The notes under the pieces were generated by a model, which was not told where the DNA came from, ran no database searches, and was given only the letters and a program-made list of their open reading frames with translations. Of a stretch of 64,000 nt of DNA, positions 43,101-55,089 are shown piece after piece; position 1 is the stretch's first letter; every line of letters begins with the position of its first letter. This DNA is from Daphnia carinata (Eukaryota). The position numbers were made by a program, and so were the translations under genes. The stretch is from the NCBI RefSeq assembly GCF_022539665.2, contig NC_081333.1:992001-1056000 (forward strand), in the 5' to 3' direction.

Positions 43101-44221
43101 TGGGCAAATGCGTGTAAGCGTCTAAACCGTCGGGATCCACATCTGCTAAATATAAAATGATTTACTTATGTATGAGAAAGTGCACAGAATATTGAACGCT
43201 TTCCTGTTAACTTATACATATTCATGTGCAGATGTACATTTGCACAAGCTCAATTGTTTTTTACTAGAGGCATTAAGTATTAAAGTGAAGAGGCCGTCTA
43301 ATGCAGTGGACAATAAATGGTGAATTACGGAAAAATTTATGTGTTCTATAAAGATTGAAGCAGTATTAATTTGGATTAATAGACAGGTGTTTTGACCCAC
43401 ACGCGTGCGATCCTCAACTATTTAAAATAGTAAGAAAAAAAATTATGATTTTTAAAAAATTGCAGAATAGGCAGAAGAACGCAGTTGAAGTTTTGGGCGG
43501 TAGGTGGCGTGTTAGCTTTTGCTGTGTACTCAAGTTAAGTTTGCCGAAAGCCGTTTCCACCCAGTTGTGGTTACCGTCACAACTTTTCTGTTCCCATAAT
43601 CGATAATAGATGATCAGTAACGACAACGTAACATCCAATAATAATTATTTTTTAATCACGAATCAATACTGCTTCTTTTGCTTCTTTCTTTTGCTGGTAA
43701 TTTCGTAAGCAAATAATGATTTCATAACAATTTTCGATTATAAATTTAAGGGGAAGAAAGAAAAACTTTTATTTGTTTTTTCTGTCGTGCTTTCAAAAAA
43801 CAAACACAGAACGTAAAAAAGAACCCCAAAAAAACATACAGTTGGGAGTTTTGTGTTCGAACCTAATTTAGGTTGTCAACTTATTGTGGATTCCAAATTT
43901 AACGTTACTGCGATTAAAAATGCATAACATTTACTTCTCATGTTTTCAACAAGCACTGAGAAGAAGTAAAAGTAGCTGAGCCTTTGCATCATTATCGATC
44001 GGGATTCGGGAAAGTGAATCCTTCGATACTCCCGATTTCGATTTTATTGCAGTTTGGCAACGCCGTACGACAATATGACTCCTCCCACCCACCCACTCCC
44101 CCTGGCCGTCATCCTAGGAAGCAGTTCCAGCGGTCGACGTCGATAGTCTCGGATGCCGAAGTAGTGCCGCTCTGGTCTTCGTCATTCTATTGGAAATAGT
44201 GAAATTCAGTGTTATCAATCT

Positions 44222-44264
44222 TCAGTTAAGCCTCAATATTCAACCTACCAACACAAACATACAA
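44222..44264 (+). promoter_or_regulatory. Candidate TSS and non-coding first exon of endophilin A
   Basis: TCAGTT at 44222 is followed by a strong donor caa|GTAAGT at 44265. A pyrimidine-rich acceptor ending at 45728 precedes the ATG exon. Confidence 0.35.
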
Positions 44265-45826
44265 GTAAGTGTATTGTCTCTGTTGAATACATTTATAAAT
44301 GATGACTAGTCACAATGACTAGCAATTTCGTTGTGTGGTTGTTCGCTCGTTTAGCTGTGTGTTGTCTTGACGATGAGAAGCAGACAATTTGCAGGTGGGT
44401 CAAGACTTTAAGGTCACCATCTGTTTCCGTTCCAGTAAATCTCGTCTCGTTTTCGTAGTGAAATTAGGCTCTGTCCAAACCGTAAGGGACTCGGTGAGTC
44501 AAAGTTAGGCTATAAAAAAAGCTTATCATAATCAAGATAATATTAGTTAGTCATATCGTACCAGAGAATGTGTGAGTACGTGTACTAGTGTTGACGGGCG
44601 TCCCACGCGCAGATGAGAGATGGCTCTCGTAACAGTTCAGAAGGCTTTCCTCCGGAGGGGACTTGTCCAGCATCAAGCTCCACATTGACTTTCTTTTCTT
44701 CTTTTCTGAAAGCCTTTTATGGGTATCATACCGTAGTCGTAACAGTTTGTTTCGTGCCACTTCATTCCGCAGAGGCCAAGTCTGTTTCTCCAAAACCCCA
44801 AGAAATGTAGAAGAAGGACGCTATTTCTTATCGAAAGGCTGTTGTAATCCCATATTTGGAATGCAGAAATTTTTGTTGTTTCTAAATCTGCCTCCCTTTT
44901 TTGATAGAAAGTGAGAAGGTAGAAAACCCAAAATGGGAAAGTGGAACGCCCTGTGTAATTCTACTTTTGGTTTCCTTTTCTTTTCCATTCTTTCTGCTTC
45001 GTCGTCTGGTTTTGCTTTTCATGTGATCTTGACCATGCGAATCACGTCTCGAGATAATAAAAATAAGATAGAAGAATCAAATTAGAATTTAGATAGGTCA
45101 AAGTGTGGGCCTGAATCGCGTTGGCGCGTGCGCCTCTATCATCTTCCTTTCCAATTGTCGTTTTGGCAACGGTTTCGTCCGGTCTTGTTGGTTTGTCCGG
45201 TATTTTGGATCCGTTACGTCGAGTGGCCTGTTCATTTACTAGCGGTACTATTCAGTTCATATTCATAATTTTTAACTAGAGTTACGTTCCGTGCCAATGA
45301 AAGGACAGGGAAAACAAAATAAAGGGAATAACCAGCTGCGTCAATATGTCGATCATGTTCATATTTAGTGGGGCAGACACTGCGGAACCGAGTACTCTTC
45401 GTTGGTGTGGAGGCGGTGGGGGGTAGGATGGAGGGGGAAGGGGGAGGTCTGTGTGTTGGGTATCAATCAATACTGTTGTACTTGTGGTGTATAGACCGTT
45501 GCTCTGTAAGACGGTAGTAATATCTTTTGCCTGTCGAAAACTTAAAATTCGTTTACCAGATGGTAAACGATAATCGAGTTTAACGATCGATTTTTCTTTA
45601 GCGCGATCAAAAATCAATACGATTGACACTTGCCATACACAGGATTTCACGGCTGACGTGAAAAACCTTGATAAACCATTCGTAATCTTATTCGTTTTTT
45701 TTTTTAAATTTTGTTCATTTATTTACAGACGAAGAAGTGGATACCAAATAGTGAAAACACGACAGATTGCTTCTGTTGCTGTCTTAAAAGGAGGAACCCA
45801 GAAAGGCCAGTCCAAACTAAAGCGCC

Positions 45827-48800
45827 ATGGCGTTCGCCGGTCTCAAGAAGCAGATCAATAAAGCCAACCAAGTATGTCCTATGCTATGAGGTTCTCTGTG
45901 AGCTACACTATTGATTTTACACACCCCCGCGCTCTTCCGTGTCCTTTCTCTTCATTGATCCTCGGCTTCCCTTATCTCGATCTTCTTCCTGTGATCTTGT
46001 GCCCCGCCGAGTTTTCCATTCGTCGGCCAAGTTAGAGATTTGGGTCTGAAAATGGTGGAAACTGGGTGTTACCGTGAAATTCTAAATCCCCCAAGAAAGT
46101 ATCAACTCGGCGCAGTTGTTCAAAATCAAAGCGCCTGAGCTGATTGCAGGCATATCGATTGAATCGATGCCAGAAAAGAAAGAAAAAAAAAAAAAATGAA
46201 AAATAGGTTTTTTTTTCGTGATTTGAGTACTTCCATTACTCCCAATATGAGGAGATCGCATGTCGCACACTTTTACGTGCATATCTTCTTTCCCGTTTAT
46301 GATGTCGTTTATACCATACTCCATTTTCATCACATGTTTCTTTCGTTTACAGTATGTGACGGAGAAAATGGGGGCCGCCGAAGGCACCAAAATGGACGAC
46401 GATTTTGTCGAGATGGAAAGGGTAACTACGATAATTGAGATCGTTTTTCCAAAAGTACTTGCTGTAAACCCGTTTGTTTCTATATATATGCACAGAAAAC
46501 GGATGTTACTTATGAGCTTGTTGAGGAACTCCAAATGAAAACCAAGGAGTTCTTGCAACCCAATCCCACCGCTCGAGCCAAAATGGCTGCAGTCAAAGGT
46601 AAATTCTTTTTGTCTTTAAAAACGATATACCTCTTCGTACTAAGGCTAAAAATCGTCGACTAGCAGGAATTAGCAAACTAAGCGGACAAGCCAAAGCAGC
46701 AACCTACCCGCAGCCGGAAGGAACTCTAGGGGAGACTATGTTGGCCTATGGACGCAAACTGGGCGAGGAATCTGTTTTCGGTGCGGTGAACTGATTTTTT
46801 CTTTTCTTTCTTATTCATTCAATAGTGAATCGGATGTTATCGATTGATTGTGGTGCTAAAGAGGAAACCGATCGATAGTCTTCGGGGTTTTCCGCTGGCC
46901 TTGGCTCCTCCTCAAGTTTTTCAATGAAATTAACGTATTTATTTTTTTTTTTAACCTATCCGATATTTATCGTTGATCACCGGATGGGGGTGGATATTGA
47001 CCGACGATAGGCGCTGCGCTCATTGAGTCCGGTGAAACAATGAAGCAGTTGGCTGATGTGAAATACGCCTTGGATGATAACGTCAAGCAGAATTTCCTGG
47101 AGCCGCTGCATCATTTGCAAAGCAAAGACTTGAAGGAAGTTTTGGTAAGTTAACGATGACAAAATACAAGAAATGGAATAATTAAAAAAAATTGTTTCAT
47201 TCAATAGCATCACCGCAAGAAGCTGCATGGTCGACGATTGGATTTCGACTGTAAAAAACGCAAACAAACCAAAGGAGGTAGTAGTAGCGTTGTAACGACC
47301 CGCCCATTCTTATTGGTTACGAGGTCGATCAATTCATGCCATTTCGGCTATCCTTCATACCGATCTAAAACACGACTAACATCTCTTTCTTTTATCCTAT
47401 CAACTGAGTAATAGCATCTAATGGGAGAAATTATTACCCGTACCGCCATTAGTCGATAAAATGAAACTCGAGCTAGTTATACGTTTTTCATTTGTCTCGT
47501 TTTTTCTTTTCTTTTTGCTTTACGCTGGGTATGCTGCTCTCCTTGACGTCATCTCCTTTCAGCTGGTAAGAAAACATTTGCATTACCTTGGTTTCGGAGC
47601 ATGTATAGTTGTTTGGTCGTTAAGACTAATAATATACTAACGAATGTCTTTTCAATGGTGGCACGGTTTCTTAGTTCGCAGAAATACTCCCGCTTTCGGT
47701 GTATTTTTATTTTTGGTGTCACATTCTTTCGAATTGAATGCATATGAACTGATTGCTCGCAATGTGACCCTACTGATTTCTCTTTAAAACAAAAAACCAT
47801 ATTCAAATCTCAAGGCGGCAACCTGCAATCCGTCAGTCCTTATGGGAGCCCTGCACGTTCTCCCTCACCCTATCGGGGCACTGGTATTCACTCATTAATC
47901 AGCTCCGCTTCTGTTTTAGACGGCTTTTCTTTTTCCTCCTATTTATTTATTTTACTTTTTTCAATACAAGCTTTCTTGCTGTTCATGCTTAGCATGCTAG
48001 CATGCTGTTCATATCATAACATGAAGCTTCATGTTTGCAAACCTAACGTTAACTGGCTTTTTGTAAAGGCTCATCGGTGACTGAGGATGAGATTCGCCAA
48101 GCAGAGGAGAAATTTGCAGAGTCTCTTCACCTGGCCCAAATGGGAATGCATAACATTCTGGATAACGACGTGAGTTGTCGAAACGTCGTTGTTTTCCCTT
48201 GCCTTCTGAATGCCTTGTCTAAAGCATATGTTTCTCGAATGTGTCACGCCAATTTGATTTTTCTGTTTGGCAGGTTGAGCAAATTGCGCAATTGGCATTC
48301 TTCGCCGAGGGACTCCTCGAGTATCACAAACAGTGTACTGATATTTTGAAAGTACTAACGGAAACGCTTCACGACAAGTAAGCCTCGCCACAAATGCTGT
48401 GGAGCAATAACTTTACACATTTTTTCGTTGCTTATTTCTTTTTTAGACGGAACGAAGCAGCAAGCAAGCCCCGCAAGGAATTCATCCCCAAGACGTTGGC
48501 TGATTTGCCGATGTCGATGGGTGGGGAAATGATGTCTTCAACTGGTCGTACTACACCGTCGAGTCTAACGGAAGGATTGAATGGTATGTTAAGTCGTACG
48601 ACAGATGTAAGTAGTCTTAAAATGCATTTCTCTTTTTTTTTTTTTTTTAAGGAATGAATAATGCCAAAACACCCAGCGCAGTGTCTCCGGGTTCAGCACC
48701 TGGCTGGGATCCGTTCGGTCAGAATGCGCCAGTACCGCAAGGTATGCCAAGATTAATAACGTAAAACAAGGTTTTGTGTTTACATTTGTTTTTTGGTTAT

Positions 48801-49073
48801 TTGTCTAGGTCGTACCAACTCTAGGCCTCAACCTAGTGCTACAGCTGTTTACGATTTTGATCCTGAAAACCCTGGTGAATTGGGCTTCAAGGTACGCGTT
48901 TTGCTTTAAAGTCAACACTCTGAATTTGGTTAATAAACAGTGAACCACTTTAGGAAGGAGATTGCATCACTCTGACGAGCCGCATTGATGAGAACTGGTT
49001 CGAAGGTAGCGTAAATGGGAAGACGGGTTTTTTCCCCGTCAACTATGTGCAGGTGACGGTGCCGCTGCCCTAA
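45827..49073 (+). CDS. EndoA: Endophilin A (N-BAR + SH3), ~389 aa without optional exons
   Basis: Exons 45827-45871, 46353-46421, 46496-46598, 46667-46780, 47011-47144, 47208-47277, 48069-48169, 48274-48377, 48447-48583, 48652-48741, 48809-48891, 48954-49073 (1170 nt, in phase). Starts [28 protein letters not shown]; contains [19 protein letters not shown] and [12 protein letters not shown]3 domain [17 protein letters not shown]...DENWFEG...GFFPVNYV. Confidence 0.95.
47563..47565 (+). other. Candidate 3-nt microexon (CTG) of endophilin A
   Basis: tctcctttcAG-CTG-GTaaga with upstream TGCTGC and a pyrimidine tract; preserves the frame. Confidence 0.5.
47815..47883 (+). CDS. Candidate 69-nt cassette exon of endophilin A ([23 protein letters not shown])
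   Basis: AG/GT-bounded, phase 1-1, stop-free, GC-rich island in an AT-rich intron. Confidence 0.6.
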
Positions 49074-50919
49074 TTATACAATAAAGAAAATTTGGTGGTA
49101 AAGAATACGGAGTGCTGAGCCGATTATGCCGAAAGTGAGATTTACGGTTTCATCAGAAAGGACTTGTGCTAATATTTACTACTTCTGTTGAAGGCAACCA
49201 GACAAAAACAAGAAAACACATAGCAACCGGGTTGTATTACTTTTTGTTTGCCCTTTTGTTATAAAACAAGATCAGCAGTTGTGTTCTTGCTTCGTTAAAC
49301 TTAGCATCCGGTCTTATCAATTTTACATCACGTGTTAAATAAAAAAAATTACTAAATTCTGAGTGTTATTCAGGTTCGGAATGTTGGATTATCCGATTTC
49401 TGATTTCTGACTAAATGTTTTACTCTTTGTCTTTTCTCCCTGTCTTTACGTTCTTCCCTCTTCTTACTTATCCTCTTGCTCGGGGAATATATAACTCTAA
49501 CCGGTTCAATGCAGTCTAATTCAAATTTAGTTTGGAGCTAATAGTTATCGTTATCTCCTTTTTCTCGTTTGGCAAACATTTCTCTATCCGTCGTTTACAA
49601 GCATAATATGGTAACTGTACTCTCTTCTCTCATATCCAGCTACAACGCTCTAATAACGTTGTACTGTCATATAAGGTTCATCACCATCTTCTGTATTTCG
49701 AATCTTATTCTCTCTATTTCTTGTACTTAGTAAGAAAAGGATGTTGTTGTGTGATTAAAAGGCCGTTGTTTAAAAGGTTTTCCTTCGTCTTTCTGCTTTT
49801 GTGATCTAAATGTCAAACATTGTTTACGACTAACTTTGCTTTCGTTGACACCTCGGTTACTCAGTTTCCGCATAGGTAAACGTTTATTCCAACAACATTT
49901 TTTGTTATTATTATTTATTTACCTTTTTTTTTTTGTATAATCCACAGAAACAAGCTTGACGAAAGGTTAGAAGAACTAGTACCTTGGGAGCAAGATGAAG
50001 TAAAACAAACTGACACGCCGATGAACAGGTTCGAGATGTTTCAATGGCCCCAGCTGCCTGGTTGGTTGGCAGTTAAAATCGTGATTTGATACTTGAGGAT
50101 AGTAAAGAAAACGTGTACGCACACCTACGGACAAACGTTAAACTTTGTTACGAAAAGGAAAAGAAAACCTTCATTGGTGACTACAAGCTAATAAGATGTA
50201 AGATCTTATTTGCTCTATTCAGAGGTAACCTTATAAGTAAACTGTGACGTCATCCCTACAAGTAGACAGCCGTTAATCCGCTGCGTCCGGGCAAAACAAC
50301 ACGAAAGCCTTCAAGTAATTTCAGGAGCTTAAGCATCAATTGGCCTATTTTTTAAAAATTGGCTTAAACAAGGGTAGAAGCTTAACATGTCATAATTTAA
50401 TAAATTAATTATATCATTATTTCACCATTACTGTGTAAGAAACAGTTAGTTCCGGATGGTTTCTGAGCGTTCGCCAGCAGAGAGTTATTTCCATCTATGT
50501 GTGAACGTGGCTATTTAACGTAGTAAAGAGCCGGAGATTGAAGAAAAAACGTCAACAAGCTCAAAGAGGAGGAAGATAGGAAAAGCCTTATGATCGCATG
50601 GTATAATCCACGCATATATGTTTTGTTTTTCTTTCAGCAGACTATTTTGTCTCTCATTTCATTATCGAATTGGTATTGCATTTTTTGGGAGACGTTGTTG
50701 CCATGTTTTAAGCGTTTACCTATGTCATAATATTTTGTAAAATATCAGTTATTTCTCATGCGCGGCTATCTGCTTTGAACCTCGACAGCGTCCACCAATA
50801 GTAGCGTCCCATTCAGTCTTATTTTGTTTTTAGGGAAAAGCAGACGACGTATGAAAATCGTTATCCACGGGCTAAGACTATTTGGTAGTCATTCCGCTTT
50901 TTGTCTTCACTAACCTAAC

Positions 50920-52176
50920 ATGGAAACAGATATGTCACTTGAGTATCTTTCGTTTCGAAGTAATATTCCCTGTCGCAAAATAGTCTTAGACGATTCTGAA
51001 AAGGTTTGTGAAATGATGTTTCATAACTTGAACGTAACCTATATCTTCCAATCGTGTTATTTATGCCAGGTGTGGACTATTTACGATGGAGGACCAAAAA
51101 CTGTTAGAAGTCCTCTCATTTGTTTGCCACCTGTAAGCGGAACAGCTGATACTTTTTTCCAGCAAGTTCTGGGTTTGGGTGCCAAAGGATACAGAGTAAT
51201 TTCACTTAGCTGGCCTGTGTATTGGAGTGTCAATGAATGGTGTGAAGGTTTCCGTAAACTGTTGGACTTTCTCCAGTTAGATCAAGTTCATCTGTTTGGG
51301 GCATCCTTGGGTATATATTTTAAGAATTGTTCAGCGAAAACTTGTAATCATATGTTTATTAACAGGAGGATTTTTAGCTCAGAAGTTTGCAGAGTATACT
51401 CATCGATGTCCAAGGTAAAAGTATATTATCAACTTATTGTATTCATGTTTTATGTTATTCAGTGTTCTCTACATTTTTAATGTCAGAGTACTCTCCCTCA
51501 TTCTGTGCAACTCTTTCACTGACACATCTGTATTTCAATATGGTGATTCAGCCCCATTGTAAGTTGGAAAATTGTCATTAGGGGGAGACATTGTTGATTT
51601 GTTATATTGTTGCTCACATCATTCAGCTTGTGGATGTTGCCCTCCATGGTTTTGAAAAAAATGGTTATGGGCAATTTTGGTGGTGAAAAGATGATGGAAT
51701 CCGTCGTGGCAGACTCGGTTGATTTTATGGTGGAAAGGGTATTTGTTTCTTCTTATTATTCCCGGATACTAAAATTGATATACAATTTGTATGGTTATAG
51801 TTGGAAAGTTTGTCGCAGGCGGAGTTGGCTTCTAGACTAACGCTTAATTGCGGAAGTAGTTACGTCCACGTTGATAAATTACAGCAATATTGTATTACTA
51901 TAATTGACGTCTTTGATGACTGTGCAATCGCCTCGCCTGTTTCTGAAGATATGTACAGGAGTTATCCCCATGCTAGCATGGCTCATCTTAAGAATGGAGG
52001 TATGATTTTTCTGTTTTGTCAATTGTGGTTATGATTAAGAAACTTTGCTAATTTCCGCATAAGGCAACTTTCCATACCTAAGTCGGTGTGACGAAGTAAA
52101 CCTTCACCTGCAAGTTCATTTACTTCGATTTGAGAGAACACGGTGCAAAGCGGGAGGCAGTAATTTCTCTGATTGA
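50920..52176 (+). CDS. SPG21: Maspardin (SPG21), non-catalytic alpha/beta-hydrolase fold, ~289 aa
   Basis: Exons 50920-51003, 51070-51310, 51366-51414, 51487-51558, 51627-51738, 51801-51999, 52064-52176 (870 nt, in phase). Motifs PLICLPPVSGTAD, VHLFGASLGGFLAQKFAE, SLILCNSFTDTS, ELASRLTLNC, AHLKNGGNFPYLSR. Confidence 0.95.
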
Positions 52177-53192
52177 GAAAACGGTATCTCTTCTGCAGGT
52201 CTTCATCTTGTCCAGTACATTCTGCTATTTGTAGATTCAGCGATATACATACCATGAAGCAGCTGGAAGTTTTGAATCATTGTGATGGCATTCCCATTAT
52301 CTTCTAAATGTTGCCTTTCTTTTTATCGAAAAACCTTTGTTATCTGATATTTCCTAATGTCGCGTCTCGAATCCTCAACCATAATTACACGTGCCTTCTC
52401 TGACTCACCTTCGAATCTGTTAAAGACTTCCGGTGTTTGTTAGGTTTACAATAACTAAAAGTTTTCCTCTGCCCGTCGACCGACGGGCGGAGACAAATTT
52501 CAGTTTCACATTTTGAATGTTTATATTTTCAGTTGGTTAGTGAAAGGAAAACTAGACAGCGTGCTCTTACCATAGGTGAATATCTGCAAACTAGATGGCG
52601 CTGTTGTTCAATATGAATGACTTCCTGAAATCCAATCGTTGTTACAATGTCTATTAACATATGGCAATCCGTTTTACCCCCCCCAAAAAAAAAAAAATTC
52701 GCAAAAAAAAAAAAAAATCACACTTTTTTCTTTTTTTCCGACACGTAGCCATCTACCGCTCAGACTCGTTATTACTGGCATGTAGGCAATTTCAGTCCAT
52801 TGGATGCCATTCGCAGTTAGTTGAGTAGTGTGGATGGAGAATAACGTGTGGCTGGAGAAAAATATGTTAAAATGGATAAGATAATAAAAGATAAGGATGG
52901 TAAGTACAAAGATTATTATATTAGTTTTCAATTATTAATTATTGTTTTTTAGCTCTAATTATGAACCTGCAGGCTCAATTATTGTTCGTAATCAGTCCAT
53001 GCAGCGATGGAACTGAACAATTGTGGGACTGTATTTGGGCCAAAAATGGGAGTGGTACGGAAACCCAGAAATGGCACGAGTTCAACCTAAAACATGGATT
53101 AGGTACTTCCCCGTTTTTTGTCTATCGGAAAAAGTATTTTTAATGCAATTATTTTGCATTCACAGAATTTTAGCGGGGGGATCAAGTCAAGT

Positions 53193-53247
53193 ATGGAAGT
53201 GTTACAGGATGGAAGTGTTACAGGATGGAAGTGTTACAGGATGGAAG
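53193..53247. repeat. 16-bp tandem repeat x3 (atggaagtgttacagg), single copy in the opposite arm
   Basis: Read directly; the right arm (56418-56440) has one unit. Confidence 0.9.
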
Positions 53248-54006
53248 AGTCGGCCTGTAGTTGAAAAAACACTGAGAGTGCATTACCGTTAAGGTGTGAG
53301 GTAAAGTAATAGAGTATGCATATTGTCTAATGAGAAGTACCATCTTGTGTGAATGAATCCTGTGTAACAGCAATCCTTTATAGTTCTGTCACAGCTAGAG
53401 CCTCAAATAATTCTGCTTCTCTGGCTAAAGAACAACTTGTCCTTTACGTTCAGAGTGCTGGTGAAGCTGGGTACTTAAATGGCCCTAAAGATGTTTCATT
53501 TCGTTGGCATTGCAGCGATAAACATCATACATGGACTCTTTAGGTATGAAAGGAATTTTCTTGAAAATTTTTTGAATTTATGACAAAGCATTTCTCCTGC
53601 TTTTTGCCAACCATGTCTAATCTAAAAAAAAAATTTATCCAATAGGAAAGGATTTTCAGCATACTGGGAACACAACTATCAACAATGCAACATTCTAGGG
53701 GTGCTATTTTATCATTCAAGAGCCTTATACAATGATTTTCATCTGCAATTTGTATGGCCTTTCCCAAGCTTCTGCCAGAAGTTGAATCTATAAGTCATGT
53801 AAGTCACATGAGCAACAATTGAGATGTTTAATGGTGTTGTTTTTCTTTTCTCAATATAGGTTAATAGTAAAATTGGATCTGAAAAGATTCTTGGTTGGGG
53901 CAAGACACTGAATAAATTGTATTGATTGGATGGATGACATGACATTTCTATACTTAATTTGGATTCCCAAGACGGTATTTTATATTAAAAAATTGAAGTG
54001 CATATC

Positions 54007-54371
54007 TGGGCTCCCTTCCTTTCCGTAGCCCCGTTTCCCCTTGACTCGTAATAAGCCCGTAGGGGGTCATGCCCCTACTGTACGGTATATATAAAAACAA
54101 CATATACCGAGGTTTGGAGGGCTCTGGCCGGAAAGGGGACGTGGATGTCCGCTTAGTCCGATGATGTGTTCACGGAGGGCTCTGTGGCTACCCACAAATC
54201 CGAACTAAAGGTTAATCGCTCCTGTAAAAATGTTCCAAATCTTCAGCTCTTCTTCCGGCTTCTCTTAGCCAATCACCGGGTAATCTCCCCGGTGGGTCAA
54301 CAAGGCAGTGTCTCCCCCTGCCTGGGTTGACGGCAACTTTTGAAAGGGCTATTGTGCCTTTTTAAAGTTGC
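54007..54371. other. GC-rich multi-hairpin element of unknown class (mirror copy at 55294-55658)
   Basis: At least eight local stems, e.g. gtagggg/cccctac, cggtatat/atataccg, caccggg/cccggtg, gtcaac-aggcag/ctgcct-gttgac, gcaacttt-gaaagggc/gccttttt-aaagttgc. No family recognised. Confidence 0.55.
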
Positions 54372-54670
54372 AAAAATAATTGTAATGTGCAGAGAATTGT
54401 CAATAAAATTTTTTTTATAAAATATGTTTTCCAAAATTCGTTTCTTTCATTATCTGTGTACAAACATTACATATATCAACTTCTTTTTTTTTTTGCTTTG
54501 CTTTATTTGTTTTTGTCACCTTTGATGGTAAGCATTGTTTCCGTTGGTTTATCGTTTATCTGTAAGTATTCAATTATTATTTATTACACTCTTTGAATTC
54601 TTCAACTTAGATTCAAGGAACAACGTGTAATATCTGGGTATTTTTTGAAGTAATTTTGTATTTTGTTTTA

Positions 54671-54736
54671 CTCGTATGGGAACCGATCCCCAGACATTCA
54701 GCGTGCAACGCCGATGCTCTAACATTGAGCCACGAG
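54671..54736 (-). pseudogene. tRNA-like sequence (pseudo-tRNA or SINE head, TGC in anticodon position)
   Basis: Minus strand reads ctcg-TGGCTCAATGTTAGAGC-a-tcggc-gttgcac-gctga...GGATCGGTTCC-cata-cgag: A box, anticodon arm, degenerate B box and paired ends, but non-canonical positions. Confidence 0.6.
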
Positions 54737-54837
54737 ATATGTCTAAATATTTTATTATCGCATATCATATGTTATCGTCTAGGATGTTTATGCAGTCTTT
54801 CACAGCTATATGTTTATCTTTCTATTGCTTTCAAAAG

Positions 54838-54903
54838 GTTCATAGCTCTGTGGTATAGTATTTAGCTGCGATACCTGTTACCCTGGGTTCAAACCTCAGT
54901 AGA
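54838..54903 (+). pseudogene. Highly degenerate tRNA-like sequence
   Basis: TAGCTCTGTGGTATAGT (A-box-like) and GGTTCAAACC (B box) at tRNA spacing; anticodon arm does not pair well. Confidence 0.4.
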
Positions 54904-55022
54904 TATGTAAAAATGAAGTAGAATAAATGTAGAAGAGTATTGCAGAATTGCTTTTCAGTTTTATTCTAAGTGTAAATGCAAGTCCACAAGTGACTAGAAA
55001 AAAGCCAACTTGACATCATATA

Positions 55023-55089
55023 ATTCATGGCTCATTGGTAGAGCATCGGCGTGGTATGCCGAACATCCAGGGTTCAATCCCTGGATAAT
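55023..55089 (+). pseudogene. tRNA-like sequence (pseudo-tRNA or SINE head), related to the 54671-54736 copy
   Basis: TGGCTCATTGGTAGAGC-a-tcggc-gtggtat-gccga...cagGGTTCAATCCctg: good A box, B box and T arm, poor acceptor stem. Confidence 0.6.

Larger units (their letters stand above)
52685..54580. repeat. Left arm of a long inverted repeat (palindrome)
   Basis: Reverse complement of 55085-57330. The inner part 53247-54580 is colinear with 55085-56418 (mirrored ORF coordinates all sum to 109665). The outer part is more diverged. Confidence 0.95.

Noticed and set aside
54007..54371. Hammerhead, HDV-like or twister ribozyme
   Set aside because: I could not place the catalytic cores (e.g. CUGAUGA...GAAA) in the required stems by eye.
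54671..55089. Functional tRNA genes
   Set aside because: Purine at loop position 32, weak or short acceptor stems and a degenerate B box in one copy; treated as pseudo-tRNAs.
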